The position numbers and the translations under genes were made by a program. Below the pieces are notes generated by a model that made no database searches, was not told the DNA's origin, and saw nothing but the letters and a program-made list of their open reading frames with translations. From contig NW_014577076.1 in NCBI RefSeq assembly GCF_000485595.1, positions 1,104,647 to 1,166,408 on the forward strand: a DNA stretch of 61,762 nt, in the 5' to 3' direction. This DNA is from Priapulus caudatus. Lineage: Eukaryota. Below are positions 50,569 to 61,762 of the stretch, one piece after another; position 1 is the first letter of the stretch, and each line of letters opens with the position of its first letter.

Positions 50569-53500
50569 GTGTAATATATATACAGCTCATTGTAATCGAT
50601 GTGTATTTAATTTCTGCTGATATATATAGAACGAACCTGTAGCTATTGTAAAATGTTGTTAGCAAGACACGTGTCACACCATTCATCAAAATGCTCTACT
50701 GGTGATGATAGTGAAATCCTGGTGATGTATAATTCACATTTGAAGCAGAAACGTGCTATTAGGAAAAATGTGACCCATACAAAAAAGGAATACACGAGTT
50801 TATACTTCCAAAATACATTTTAAGAAAAAACACGTTTGAGTTAGTCACATACGTCAAAGAAGTGAAATTTGTGAACAAGTGAAATTTGAGGCATTATTCT
50901 TGGTGAATTCTTGATGACTTATCATCTGGTATAAACATAATAAACTATTGTGCAGTAAAACGTTTAAATGAGTGTTTTGGGTCTGGTTTTAAATTTGTGA
51001 TGGTTTTATGATTACTAAATGTACAAAGCACAAAAGAGCATAACAGAACTAAACTTGTGTGTTATCGTCTTTGTTCAACTGTCTTTTTTACAACTCGCGT
51101 ATAAATTCATGGTCTGCAGTTGCAACAACGCGTACTGACGATACCACAAAGTTGGTTATGGGAAAGTCGGCAGGTTGGTAAAGCAATACCACATTGTGAC
51201 ATAGCTGCTTCCCTTGTCGCACCTAGGCATCTCGGCACACTGCCACTTCCTCCAACTAGTTTTGCACACTAACGGAGCAAGTTTATTCTATCCAGAACGA
51301 GCTTTCGTTTGCTTGAAACGACACGCTCCAACGGGGTGCACGACATCACCATGACGACCGTGTCGTTCGCGTCGGTTCTTGTTATCACTCGCTCTAGTTA
51401 CACACGTGATAAACATTGCCAACTACTGCGTAGGGTGTGGCCGAGGGACAAACTTGGTGACAGCCTGTCATAGAGCATGCAGGAGATGGACATGTGATGC
51501 CCTCTCGGCTATGAACAAAGAGGAGATGAGACCATAGATAATGACACACTGCAAAGGCTTCTTTTAGTGTGTCAGCCCAGAGGGGCAACCGCATTTGCTG
51601 AATGTGGCTACAGTATAATCTGGCCATCGCGGCAAATACTACGTCGCTATGGTAACTCACAGTAACAAGTTACTTCTCAATTATCACACAGCCATCTATG
51701 TACATCACTATATTAACAACTGCATTTCAACATACATACTGAATATATACATTTGTAAACCCCTACAAGCACATGTATCTGCTTTCCTGATGATATACGG
51801 GATCCCGTTTGGATGCTTAGTGATATTCACACAGTATAAACGATTCCACAGTACCAGCAACAACGTCGGTAAGTGCATGATACAGCATTATCATCTCAAA
51901 TGCGGTGAAAACGGAAATAAAGCAAACACCCTGAAAGCCAAGAAGATCAACCTAGCATAGGAAGCACAAAGCATATGCATATCATGCGTGCTATCGGAAT
52001 CAACTCTGTAAAATGCCTGATCCTTTGAGCACATTTCCTCAAAATCAAGCGCTTTGCATACCCACAGATAAAAAAGTCTTAATTGCAAGTGTACATTTAG
52101 AAAGCAGTGGTTAGTAAACATTGTAAAGTAAAATAAACAATGACGGTAAAAAAGATGTTTTAATACTTGGGTATGTTCTTTAGAAAGTTTGATAGTTACT
52201 GTAAGATATACGAAATAAAAAAACAAGAACTTCACAAATCTAGAGCTGATGAACCGAATGTGACCATAGACCGTAGATTTAGCAGATCTGAATTTAATTA
52301 AAAGACTGCTGATCATAAGCAACCTATTCTGTCGATGTTGTGAAAGCATGATTAAAATCCGTAGTGGGCAGTCGTATTTTGAGATACAAATTAGAATGCC
52401 ACAACCACATTAGTTTACTTGATAAGGGAATGCCAACAGTAGGATGCATGTATCTTTCTTTACCTCTCGCTGGCTACTTTACCCTCCCAACAATAATTCA
52501 GGAAGCAGCCATGCCCGTACCCGTACAAAACACTACAAAATACGTCCAACTAACAAAACGCCTTGGCATGTATGTATTCTTCTTACAAAAGGTGCAAAAT
52601 GAGTCACAACAAGTGCTAATGGATCTACCATTATTATAGCCATCATTAAGTCTGTAACAGGCCAATACAATGTGCACGACACTATTTACAGATTCTCTAT
52701 AAATGTTATCACAATGAATTACACAGTATTCAGTCAAACGTCGGTCATTCAATAAATCCTCCTCTCCTGACTTTTTCATTGTATCTTGCACTATGCCCTT
52801 AGGCGGCGCACATCAAAAACAGAATGCCGCCTGGGCCTCCCGCTGAGCAGAAACTTTGCGACTGTGACATAGAATGGTTGAGATGATCACATTAACAAAG
52901 CTCTCAATCTAGAACTACATTCGACACTAGGTGGCAGCAGATATCTGCTGTTATAAACGAACAGTGGAGTTTCCATGCATGTCTTCTGCGTGCGGCGCTC
53001 AATGTAATTAAAAAATTTCCCTCAACAATTGTGTGCTCATACGAATAAACGCGACATAAAACCAAATACAGTCAGACGTGTAATTGCTACATTAGGCACT
53101 CCATGCACCACGCACGGCAGTCCACATTGAAAACACCAACTCCTACAGTCCTACATCATTCCTTGTAGAACGTTTATAAGTGCAATGAGATACAGTTGTG
53201 TAGACCATAGCTAGACCATGCATGTTAAACAATATTTTTGCTTATAACATGTCATACACCCTCAAAACCTCTCGCCGAATCTTTTCTTTATTCTTACTAT
53301 CACACCCAATATAGTTTCGAGCCTTGGCACTATCGAAACATAACATCACCAATAAAATATGTATATAACGCATAATAATATCGTGCCTTCACTACACAGT
53401 ATATTTCTTATAGGAACTGGACAACGTATATGCCCACAGGCTGTAGCCAACTACGAAACTGGCGCATTACCGCAGTCAAACGCAGATGGTGACTACTAGG

Positions 53501-55540
53501 TCATGGAATCTCAATAAGTATATGCTTCTTCCTTGACAACATCTATGAGCATCCTCTGCATCACTCTAGCACTCTTTTCATGTTTTATTGAATAATATCC
53601 ACATATTACTTCCAATACTGCCATGTAGGTAGGAGATAGGTCCGCGCCAATTTATTGTGTCTGTACCTAACATGTTTTACCGTCGTTAAATAAAGTTTTT
53701 ACTTACGTACTACTTACAATACAAATATCAGCAGAGCCACTCTCAATAGTTGCACCCTGTAGCGATGACAATGGCCGCAAACGTAGTCAGCGGCAATAGT
53801 AACAGCAGCATTTGAAACAGTAATGCCTGTGTCAACAACAGCAGTTCTATTGCCAACAGCTTTGGCAACAGTAGCGTTATTAATAGCAGTAGTAGCAGTG
53901 GCTGCAGTGGCAACATTAGCTACAGTGTGTAGTACCCTAGCAGTTTCATTATAACAGCAACATCAGTACAGGCTTTTTCTCACAATAACTGTTTCAGTGC
54001 TTATATCCTGCTTGTGTAAGGTAATTACTGCATGCCTGCTAAGTAATGTTACCCGACTACCAGCACTTAATTAACGACAAGGTTGACTCTGCACTCGTAT
54101 TCTGCCTATAATGAAAAGTGTAAAAGATGTCACCAACTGCTAGTGGGTATACTACAACGCCCACAAGTGCTGAGCCTTTTATCAACTCAAGCTAACAATA
54201 TTTATCCAACCACAGGACACTGGCTGTGCTTCATAGCTATGTGACGCTCATTTCCATATCCTGGACTAGCCACCACGTATTACCAGACAAACCATTAATC
54301 GACTAAAGCTTTCAGATGACAGCATAATGTCGTGTAAAGTTGCTATTCATTAGGGATGCTGCAAACATACACGACTCTTACTCGATTCATATCTGTTCTT
54401 TAATCAACAGTTTTTGCCATCCTTATGGTTTCGAGTTGACCATCATGCAATGAGATCTTTTAGCAGAACTTTCTGCATGCACTTGTCTGTGCCTCACACT
54501 GGGGTTACTGCTCTGTACTACTCTACATTTACACTGGGATTACTGCAGCACTATTCTCAGTGTACACAGGGGTTACTGCCACACTATTGTCAAGTTCACA
54601 CTGTGAAAACTGCTGCACGGATCTGCTGATCACCCCACACCCCTTATTTGAACTCTACTGTTTCACACTCAGTGAATTGACTTTCGCACATCTCTTGGAG
54701 CCAAGCCACTGGTTTACATTTCGCAGTCCCAGACATGCCGAGATGACTTGTTGCACGGTATCATGGATTCTGTCTTGCTGAAGCTGTGCTTAACCATCCA
54801 GAAGATGTCACAGTGACTGCTACTGACAGTTACTGGCAATTGGCATGTTCCAGGGCTTCAATGTGTCGCCTTGCAAATCCCGAAGATGGAACAGCTGCAG
54901 ACTGAAACCAGGAACGGACTATTGATGGGGTTTTTCCCGATTGATACACAAAAGTCAAAACATTGTCGATAACATATGACAGGTGAACGAATGTGAACTT
55001 TCATGTGTCCGACATGCGAAAACAATACCACGCATGTCTTATAATGTGTATTACACTGCTGAGTGCTGCCACCCTATGTATACCTTGTAATAGTAAACAG
55101 AGGCTGAAGAGAGCCAATAGAGGCTCTCGTTTCCATAACACACTGTCCTGCAAAGCTACTCGCTGTTATATAGTAGCAGTTTGCCCAACGGCGAGATAAA
55201 CCTATTTGTGCTTGATTGAGACATGAACTGCCAGACATTTGAACTGGAAATCAAGTGTGCTATCTACTAAACCAACACTGCCCCCAGGTGGTGAATACAT
55301 ATCTAGGTGAAATTATACACCAATGACCAAAAAAGGCTTTAAAAATATATGCAAAATGGCTTCATAGAACGATTCCCTGCAATGCTAAGAAGCTACACCA
55401 AATGCCGTCGAACGCATGATCGCCTTTCAACTATACACACGACACAATGAAGAAGCTTTTAAAAACAAATATGGATAACCTGGAGTGATTCTTGCGTAAA
55501 AATAGGCTCCAGTTACCTTGCCATCAACTACAGGAGTAGC

Positions 55541-58500
55541 TCAGTAGAAGCCCCAGCACTCAAGTGCTTTAATGACGAAATCCTCGTTACTCGTGAGTGT
55601 GTCGTTGTCGTATGTCTTACAGCTGTGCGTCGTTCCATGATACAGGTCACTGTCAAACCAGAGACCAAACTGTCCGCTAAAAACACAAAAATCCAACATT
55701 TACACAGGGCCAATAAACAGCAAGATTTTAAGGTATATGAACAGATATTGTTATGCAGGCAAAGCAAAAATTATATAGCTCTATATTTTTATTGAGATTA
55801 TCCTTTATTAAAATGAAAGTGTCAATGACACTGTATGTAGCTCACCACAAAAAAGGACACAAATGAGTGTGTGAGAAGAAGTCAGTTTTAATTGAGCAAC
55901 CATCGACATACATTATAGAAACGAAGAGTATATATGGAAGAACTCCCATTATATACCCTTGATAATTATATGTGTAATTTTTTATGTGAAAATAAATGTT
56001 TGAGATACATGTGAAAGTCTGAGATGAGGGCGAGTGATGGTGTTACACCTAAATGATCGCCATTTAACGTTTTTATAATATTCAGATTTAGGCACTGCCT
56101 AAAAGCGGAGCTCCCGATGTGTAACGTGTAAGATTGAGAGGATACGCTTATTCCACGTAGCTGCTATATACCACGTGACAATGGTGTTTTCCTGCCCATA
56201 ACACAACTTTTGTCAAAGGTTAATTGGTTGCATGAAAGTGTTTACTTCGTATGAGTTTTTCTAGGCGGTAGCACACGGTTGCCATCTGTATATCGCAATA
56301 ATAATTTATAAACCAAAATTTGTGACGGTAGATGGCGCTATAACCCGCTTTGATGTTTTTTTAGCGAATGGCGTTTCGAAATAAATAGGTTAATGGCTGC
56401 GTTCGACATGTTTTGCTAATAACTTGTACTTCTGATTAAATAAATAGACTGTTTTATCATCAGGGTGGCGAAGGAACATACCAATTTTGCCATTAAAGGT
56501 ATTGTCAATGAAATCTTGTAAAACGAAAGCACAGACGAGTTGTGGACACCACCAGACTGTTATCTTGCGTGTCTATAACAATAATATGCTATATAATTGC
56601 CAAACCCCCTTTGCATAATTTTTTTAAATATCAAAACCCCTGGCCCTTATTCAGTCACAGTAGCCAAAAATGCGCAAAAATCTCGTTGAAGCTTGATACT
56701 GACTAAAATGGCATTCCGGCATTTTTGCCAAAAAAAATTGCCGTGGCTCCAAAATAGGAACGTTCAAGATTGGGTAGCATCAGCAGTACAGCACTATAAC
56801 CCAATTTCAAACATGTGCGTCAAACGGTTCTGAGTTATCGTTGACCCGTAGCAAATGCAAGGCGTCAAGCAGATGACAGCTGAACGGCTAAAGAAAATAG
56901 GAAAATAGCGAATTTCAGCATGTGAAAAATAGGAGGAAAAGGATTTTGGTGAGAAAATATATGTTAAATAGGAATATTTGTTGCATTAGATGGCCTCCCA
57001 ACACCCCTACAGCCATCCCGATCCACCACAAATGGTTTTATTAATATACATATTTGGAGTTACATCACATGCGAACAATATTTTGGGGTTTTAATGAGAA
57101 ATGCATGTTAAAATTGATAAGCAGTTTATACATGCATAAGCACCCATACATGTAGACTACTCCAAAATAGTATGACGTACATGTATACATGGGCGGATCC
57201 GGCTTTTTGAAAAAGGGGGGGGTCCACTTACTCCAGTAAGAAATAAAGGGCACTTTTATAAAAAGGTGCCGAAGGCAGCTTATGCGCAGTGTCTAAGGCA
57301 CGTTGCCACTTCTTAGGGGGACCTTCTCCAAGAAAAATTTTAAAAATTGGTGCATTCTGAGAGCATCTGAGCAGTAATTTTGATGTCTAGAATGCAAGAT
57401 GGAATTCCAAATTTTTAAGCAGAAAATTATCTTTTATGTGTTTTCCCTTTTTTGGAGTAAGTGAACCCCCCCTCTGGATACACATACCACATCCAACTGA
57501 GAAACAACTTTACTGAAATAAAATCTGTAATAGTAAAGAGTATATTACGTTAATTTAAAGGAAGGGGTGGGGGAGGGGGGTCCTCCCCAAGGAAATTTTT
57601 GAAAATTGGGTTACCTGAAATGTAAATTCCTGCATTCTGAGAAGGATACATACAATTCTAGATTCAGAAAAATGAAAAGCCCTCAAAAATAGGGAAAAAT
57701 AGGAATTTGTCCAGAAAATAGGAGAAAATAGGAATTGCCCAGAAAATAGGAAAAAATAGGAATTTGTCCAGAAAATAGGAGAAAATAGGAATTGCCCAGA
57801 AAATAGGAAAAAATAGGAACTTGACGCCCTGCAAATGTTGACGGAGGGACGGACGTACGACGAACGACGACCCATGGCAATAGCTCATCTTGACGAAGTC
57901 AAGGTGAGCTAATAATACAAGAAATTAGCATGTTGTAACTTCTAAGGTTACCCAAGCGTTGTTCATGTAAAAACCTATACATAAATAAGGAGAAACAAGA
58001 CCAAAAAGCACAAGTCGATGCCTGAGCGTGTTTGCTACACATTTCTAAACAAGTGCTGCAGTGTGACAGGGCTCATCTGGTGTCTGGTGTTCTGCTGATA
58101 TATTCATTTGTGCATAGCAAGACGTCTTATACATAAGTCTTCTTTATTCTTGTTTGACTTCCGTAGCCAATTCGAACAAATATATCAGCTACACTTTCGC
58201 ACCCACACATGTGCATTGCAGGTTGGCAGGCAAAAATTATGATTAGAAGCGTGCCAGCCATGGTGTGCCCCGTGTTTTTGCCTACCTACACGAGCATTTA
58301 CTGATTCAGCCTTCAGGGTGCTATAGACAGACTGCTTTAGAAAATAATATGATTTAAGGAGTGTAAACCTTGTTCAACAAACATTTGCCTTTGCAATTAA
58401 ACTGTGCACAACCTCACATTCACACAGGTATGGGCTCTAATAATAGCAAAACCAGTTCAGTCCTTTGTTAACAGTCAATAAATCAATGTTTAACCCNNNN

Positions 58501-59330
58501 NNNNNNATTCCGCCCAAATCCCATTGGTTGATACAAAGCGCGTGCCGTTTAGATTTGGGCCGCAATTCTGCATTTCCTCCCTATACCTTAAATTAAGGAG
58601 GGAATGTTTCCCTTCTTTTACACCTCTTGACCATTGACCTTTGACCCCCAGCTTCGACATCCCAACTCGTTTTCGGATTACCCCCCTACGTCCCGAATAT
58701 CGTGACCGTACGTCGAGCGGTTAAGATTTGTGCCCAACTGTTGACGGACGCACGGACGGAGGGACAATCATGCGATTCTACAAGCTGCACCTGACTACGT
58801 CAGATGAGCTAAAAAACAGAGTAATTAGTGGCACGTACTCGCCCGCTCCGATCGACAGACTATCCTTATTGCCTTTGATGAAGAAGCCGTTATCACCCGT
58901 CCAGTGGAACGTCTTGAATTCAGGGTAGAAGGTGAATAGCATCGACTCGCCCGTACCGTAGAAATGATCACTCATTTTTAGTGCGCATGACGTGATAGCA
59001 CCACATACCTGAAAACACCAGTGAGTGACATTACACGCATGCACGCCATGTCAGGCATCGGTTTTTAAACACGCACTCATGTTAGAGCGACTGCGATCAC
59101 CGATACGACGACATAATGAATGACTTTGTCCGTTTTGAACGCAGTGCGACGTTTGCTTTGCTCCACAGCTGGCTTACGTTTTCGTAGGTGTCCTTGACTA
59201 TAAGCAACACGGGAGTGTCCATTCCCTGCATGCTCCTGTAGAGAGACTTGAGACTGAAGCCATCACGAGATGTGCTATAGATGAGAGACCAGCTGTAGCC
59301 TTCGGCCCGCGCAGGCAGATTCTGCATGAG
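55541..59330 (-). CDS. OXR1: C-terminal TLDc domain exons of an oxidation resistance protein 1 / NCOA7 (mustard-like) gene; 5' part outside window
   Basis: Exons (minus) 59330-59178 (LMQNLPARAEGYSWSLIYSTSRDGFSLKSLYRSM...PVLLIVKDTYEN), 59008-58839 (VCGAITSCALKMSDHFYGTGESMLFTF...WTGDNGFFIKGNKDSLSIGAG), 55676-55541 (DGQFGLWFDSDLYHGTTHSCKTYDNDTLTSNEDFVIKALECWGFY*). Phases 0 and 2 are consistent; classic OXR1/NCOA7 TLDc motifs. Confidence 0.92.
55811..57916 (-). mobile_element. Second Helentron/DINE-1-like family (B), interrupted by a nested TIR element, in the last OXR1 intron
   Basis: Minus-strand 5' end TAGCTCACCTTGAC-ttc-GTCAAGATGAGCTA hairpin + (GTCC/GTC) microsatellite; 3' end GGTGAGCTA + AGTGTCATTGACACT hairpin + T-run at ~55811-55846. 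Confidence 0.6.
56858..57831. mobile_element. ~970-bp hAT-like TIR element with 6-bp TSD CAAATG and AAAATAGG subterminal repeats
   Basis: CAAATG|CAAGGCGTCAAG ... CTTGACGCCCTG|CAAATG; tandem GAAAATAGGA arrays at ~56893-56940 and ~57686-57820; removing it rejoins the family-B element. Confidence 0.65.
58047..58816 (-). mobile_element. Helentron/DINE-1-like element, family A (OXR1 intron, spans N gap)
   Basis: Reverse complement of 43760-44781; starts ~22 bp inside the intron after the exon ending at 58839. Confidence 0.78.
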
Positions 59331-59394
59331 CTGTGAGCAGAAGAAAAACAACACTGTAAAGTGTGAAAATATGGTCATTCCATCCATCTAGCGG

Positions 59395-59550
59395 TGTGTG
59401 TGTGCGTGCAAGCGTGCGTGTTTGTGTGAGTGTGTGTGCGTGTTTGTGTGCGTGTGCTTGTGTTTGTGTGCATGTGTGTGTGTGTGTGTGCATGTGTGTG
59501 TGCATGTGCGTGCGTGCGCGTGTGTTAGTGCGTGTGCATACGTGCGTGCG
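59395..59550. repeat. Degenerate (GT)n/(GTGC)n microsatellite
   Basis: Directly visible. Confidence 0.9.
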
Positions 59551-60349
59551 TTTTTCCACGTCAGGCATTATGAACAGGTTGCCACCAGAAATATCTGATG
59601 TTCCGCTTGTCTGAAAGCCTTCGTAATGCTTATACGGTGAGGCAGCAGCATGATTGGGCGCATGGGGCTTCATTCTGTCTTCAGGCTCTACATGGCGACT
59701 ACACTGTGGCAGATTTCGAATGTGCTAAGCAGCTGCACACACGCACGCACACACAGACACACAAACACACTTACTGGGGCAGTGCCAGGTTGGGGGAGGG
59801 GGCGACAGCCTTTCCCCCGCGAGGGACAAATCAGTAACTCATCAAGGAATCCATGAAAAGATATGCAAAAGATATGTCTCTCTTCATATGTAGTGCTGCA
59901 CTAGCGACAGTGACTTTATGAAAACAACCAGCATGATGAAGAGCGGATTTATCTGTACATGTTATATAATTATGTTATAAATGCTCACATTTTAAACCTT
60001 GAAATTTTGACAAATTCGGTTCGAGTTTAGCCCTCCACTCAGTCAGAGATCTTAGCACCCCCTTCCTATCGCCGGGGACAATAGCTAACTTATCAGGGAC
60101 CATAGCTCGTTTCTGGCGCTAACCTTGCACACTTATGCATCACTCACTACAGAGATCTGCAGGTGAATGCGATGGCCTAAAAATGTATGGGCCAAAGCTC
60201 CGGATTCAGATCCGAGCGTGTAGATATGGGAGGACGGGGGGGGGGATTGATCAGTTTCTGTAGTATGTGGCTTGCATGGTTGATGCAGTGGCATTGTTTG
60301 GTCTTGCTGGCTGGTGGTGACAAGAGTCGTTTGAGACAGCCATTAGCTG

Positions 60350-60580
60350 GCACAGCGATAAGTCGTTTTAGACTGCGCACGACTTTAGCCCGCTTCTGAA
60401 GCGGAATAACTTTAGCTCGGGATAAGTCGTTTTATACTGACGTTAGCTCGGGTCTGAAGCGGACCTGAACCACCTCCTAGAGCAGAATAACTTTAGCTCG
60501 GGCTAAGTATTTTTCGACCTTTTATACTGGGGGTTATGTCCGGACCTGAAGCGGGATAACCCCCAGTATAAAAGGGGTAC
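60350..60580. mobile_element. Fragment of a probable Harbinger-like MITE with internal TTAGCTCGGG/CTGAAGCGG repeats and a terminal hairpin
   Basis: CCTTTTATACTGGGGGTTAT...ATAACCCCCAGTATAAAAGG inverted pair; repeated ataactttagctcggg units; left end not found. Confidence 0.4.
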
Positions 60581-60754
60581 AATGGTTACGTTCAAAAGTT
60601 AGAATCACTCGCCACCGTCTTGATCGAATAAGCTGCTTGGCAGTGGACTTGGGTGGAAAACCTCACTCACTGAAGCACCGCAAGCACTAAAAGCTAATGT
60701 GCTCTATAACTCCTTACCAATCCCCTTCAAACACGCACAACTCACACAGACACA

Positions 60755-61200
60755 CAGGGGCGTAGATAGCGGGGGGGATGGGGTGGATGCATCCCCCCAC
60801 TTATTGACGTGGGGGGGATGGCGTGTACAATCATCCCCCCTACTTTCAGGAGGAAAATGGGGGATTTAAATTTTCTGGGGGAGACCGCATAACCCGCAAT
60901 GTTTCTTACCACCCCTCCTCGAAATCCTGCATTGGCCACTGTCGAGCGTAACAAATTTAGCACCCCCACTTCAAAAATCGTTCCGCGGCGCCTGTAGAGT
61001 ACTGTGCATGCTAACAATGGTGATCATCGATTATGATTATGAATATTTGTATGCATATCAAAAGTCAAATTTGAGTTCATCTGACAGGGGCGTAGATAGC
61101 GGGGGGATGGGGGTATATCGCCCCTACACTTATTGAGGTGGGTGGCTTTCATCACCCCCTACTTTCAGGAAGAAAATGGGGAAAAATTTAATATTTACAG
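60755..61200. mobile_element. Two partial G-rich hAT-like MITE ends (CAGGGGCGTAGATAGCGGGGGG...) at 60755 and 61085
   Basis: Two local copies of the same 5' end; related ends at ~1380 and ~15445-15491; the second copy is truncated at the family-A element at ~61203. Confidence 0.5.
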
Positions 61201-61202
61201 AC

Positions 61203-61762
61203 AACAAAGTGCCGTGGAGCGACAGCGCTCATCTAACGTCTACTGCGGTGACTCTGTGGTGGAGGTGTGGGATTCTAGTAAACCCTGTTAGTCCCAAATG
61301 TGTTCACATACACGCCGAAAACAGTGGAAGAACAGGGATGGTATCAGGAACGCTCTCAAAGGATGTTCGTTGGATCGTTATGAAATGTGGCCACGAAGAT
61401 GGCGCGTACGTTTAAGTGTCTTCAGATTAAAAGATGAAGCTCCCATCATACGTAGTAGCAACAATATTTGCAAGGACAGAATAGGTAAAGCACTCATCCA
61501 TTCTACCTCCTACGCAAGCCTACAGGCTTGCAATAGAGAGCTGCCACCGTAACCAATTAATGGCAGGCAAAAACTACACAGTACCGACCAACACATGCAC
61601 TGGCAATAGCCACTGGCAGTGCATACGTTACATGTAACATACTTGACAGTACAGAATGCCATAGAAATTATACGATTTAGGAGCATAAACCTTTCTTTAA
61701 CACAAATTTAGCTTTTGAAATTTCACTGTGACATTGTAGCCTCATACATCCGCAGAAAGGCC
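61203..61762 (-). mobile_element. 3' part of a family-A Helentron/DINE-1-like element, running off the window
   Basis: Reverse complement of ~40900-41484 and collinear with 33945-34500. Confidence 0.75.

Noticed and set aside
53760..54620. Degenerate (CAG/CAA/TAG) tract and CACTGGGGTTACTG-like repeats
   Set aside because: Low-complexity sequence with no ORF, TIR or TSD support.
57686..57820. Regularly spaced AAAATAGG repeats resembling a CRISPR array (similar look at 60350-60560 and in the mucin repeat)
   Set aside because: Spacers are short and themselves repeated, there are no cas genes, and the context is a eukaryotic intron; they are subterminal repeats of a TIR element.
59560..60700. 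Additional upstream OXR1 exons (e.g. ORF 59275-59673, or a segment near 60610-60680)
   Set aside because: No convincing similarity to OXR1/NCOA7 and no clean splice-phase fit; upstream exons probably lie beyond the window.
1..61762. tRNA, rRNA, snoRNA or autonomous transposase/reverse-transcriptase genes
   Set aside because: None recognisable by eye or in the ORF track; a tRNAscan-SE/Infernal/RepeatMasker run would be needed to exclude small RNAs formally.

Overview
Intron-rich eukaryotic (invertebrate animal-like) genomic scaffold with five short N gaps and clear long-read gap-filling artefacts. Four spliced protein-coding genes can be reconstructed by hand from GT-AG exons with consistent phases. 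(1) + strand, 5'-truncated, 290-18487: a large extracellular mosaic protein, SEA - EGF - (E-P/A-T-A)n mucin stalk - 5x LDLa - SRCR-like - trypsin-family protease homolog, with catalytic His->Arg and Ser->Glu (corin/enteropeptidase/Nudel-like pseudoprotease). (2) - strand Rab20-like GTPase, 21369-25335. (3) + strand SERINC (serine incorporator), 39310-49304, first coding exon unresolved. (4) - strand 3' end of an OXR1/NCOA7-type TLDc protein, 55541-59330. About 2410-10549 is an error-rich, partly chimeric duplicate of neighbouring sequence, and 23701-30555 is tandemly repeated at 30556-37342; both are most likely assembly artefacts. Introns and intergenic DNA carry many non-autonomous transposons: two Helentron/DINE-1-like families, a Kolobok-like TTAA MITE nested in one of them, hAT- and Harbinger-like MITEs, fold-back elements, and CAAGAGC-ended MITEs sitting in (TA)n. 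No prokaryote-type system, RNA gene or CRISPR array is supported. The best biological candidates are the doubly cleavable mucin-pseudoprotease, the large palindrome between the divergent Rab20 and SERINC genes, and the nested transposon set.
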